Part shown: one piece after another, positions 63,378-64,000 of the stretch
Numbering within the stretch: position 1 is the stretch's first letter
How the letters are laid out: each line of letters opens with the position of its first letter
Notes under the pieces: generated by a model
What the model saw: only the letters and a program-made list of their open reading frames with translations
Told to the model about the DNA's origin: nothing
The model's database searches: none
Position numbers and translations under genes: made by a program
NCBI RefSeq assembly: GCF_004010195.1
Contig: NC_057755.1
Span: 12,694,142 to 12,758,141, forward strand
Direction: 5' to 3'
DNA length: 64,000 nt
Source: Chiloscyllium plagiosum
Lineage: Eukaryota

Positions 63378-64000
63378 GGAGAAAGTGAGGACTGCAGATA
63401 TTGGAGTTCAGAGTCGAAAAGTGTGATGCTGGAAAAGCACAGCCAGTCAGGCAGCATCCGAGGAGCAGGAGAGTCAATATTCTGCACATAAGCTCTTCAT
63501 CAGGAATGAGTTGGGTGAGAGCCAAGGAGCCTGTACTTCCACGCACATCATGTGCTGTGTCCGTTGCTCTCAGTGTGGTCACCTCTATATTGGGGAGACA
63601 GGATGCCAACTTGTGGAACATTTCAGAGAACATCTCTGGGACACACCCACCAAACAACCCCACCGCCCTGTGACCGAACACTTCAATGCCCCCTCCCACC
63701 CCACCAAGAACATGCAAGTTATTGGTCTCCTCCACCACTAAACTCTAACCACCCGACGCATGGAGAAAGAATGCCTCATTTTCTGCCTTGGCAATCACAC
63801 AGGATCAATGTTGATTTCATCAGTTTCCCCATTTTCCCCATGCCTTCACCTTATCCCAGATCCAACCCTCTCTGACCTATCACCATCACCGCCTACCTTC
63901 ACCTACCTATCGCATTCCCAGTTACCTTCCCCCTAACCCCACTCCCCTCCCATTTATCTTTCAGCCCCCTTGGGTACCCCCCTCCCCATTCCTGATGATG
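63378..64000 (+). mobile_element. Penelope-like element: inverted terminal repeat followed by a sense GIY-YIG/3' segment
   Basis: Inverted terminus at 63378-63510; CVRCSQCGHLYIGETGCQLVEHFREHL (ORF 63511..63741); window ends in attcCTGATGA, the start of another hammerhead. Confidence 0.88.

Noticed and set aside
39400..64000. Further upstream TACR2 exons (TM5/ICL3)
   Set aside because: No matching peptide found by eye or in the ORF track; they are probably beyond the window, though a short exon could be missed.

Overview
Vertebrate, most likely shark/elasmobranch, genomic DNA (inferred from HE1/V-SINE-type SINEs and HER1/CR1-type LINE tails). It holds the last four coding exons of hexokinase-1 (+ strand, 2161-6817) converging tail-to-tail on the last two exons of a tachykinin receptor, best matching TACR2 (- strand, 35339-39399). 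This is the HK1-TACR2 linkage also found in human. Most of the rest is nested retroelements: CR1-like LINEs, tRNA-derived SINEs, L2 and Rex/Babar relics, and many Penelope-like elements (PLEs; RT plus GIY-YIG). There are two N-gaps (20472-20903, 54842-55308). Three signals stand out. (1) PLE terminal repeats carry a minimal type-I hammerhead ribozyme motif (CUGANGA-A-stemII-GAAA-CGUH), with four intact cores and about ten decayed ones from at least three subfamilies. (2) Tiny non-coding insertions consist only of this ribozyme-bearing terminus, some as long fold-back hairpins whose inversion point is the ribozyme core, with 13-16 bp target-site duplications. (3) A degenerate 35-bp tandem array in the TACR2 intron carries AP-1 (TGAGTCA) and TEAD-like (TGGAAT/CATTC) motifs and has been split by TE insertions over about 12 kb. 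TE boundaries are approximate unless a TSD is given.
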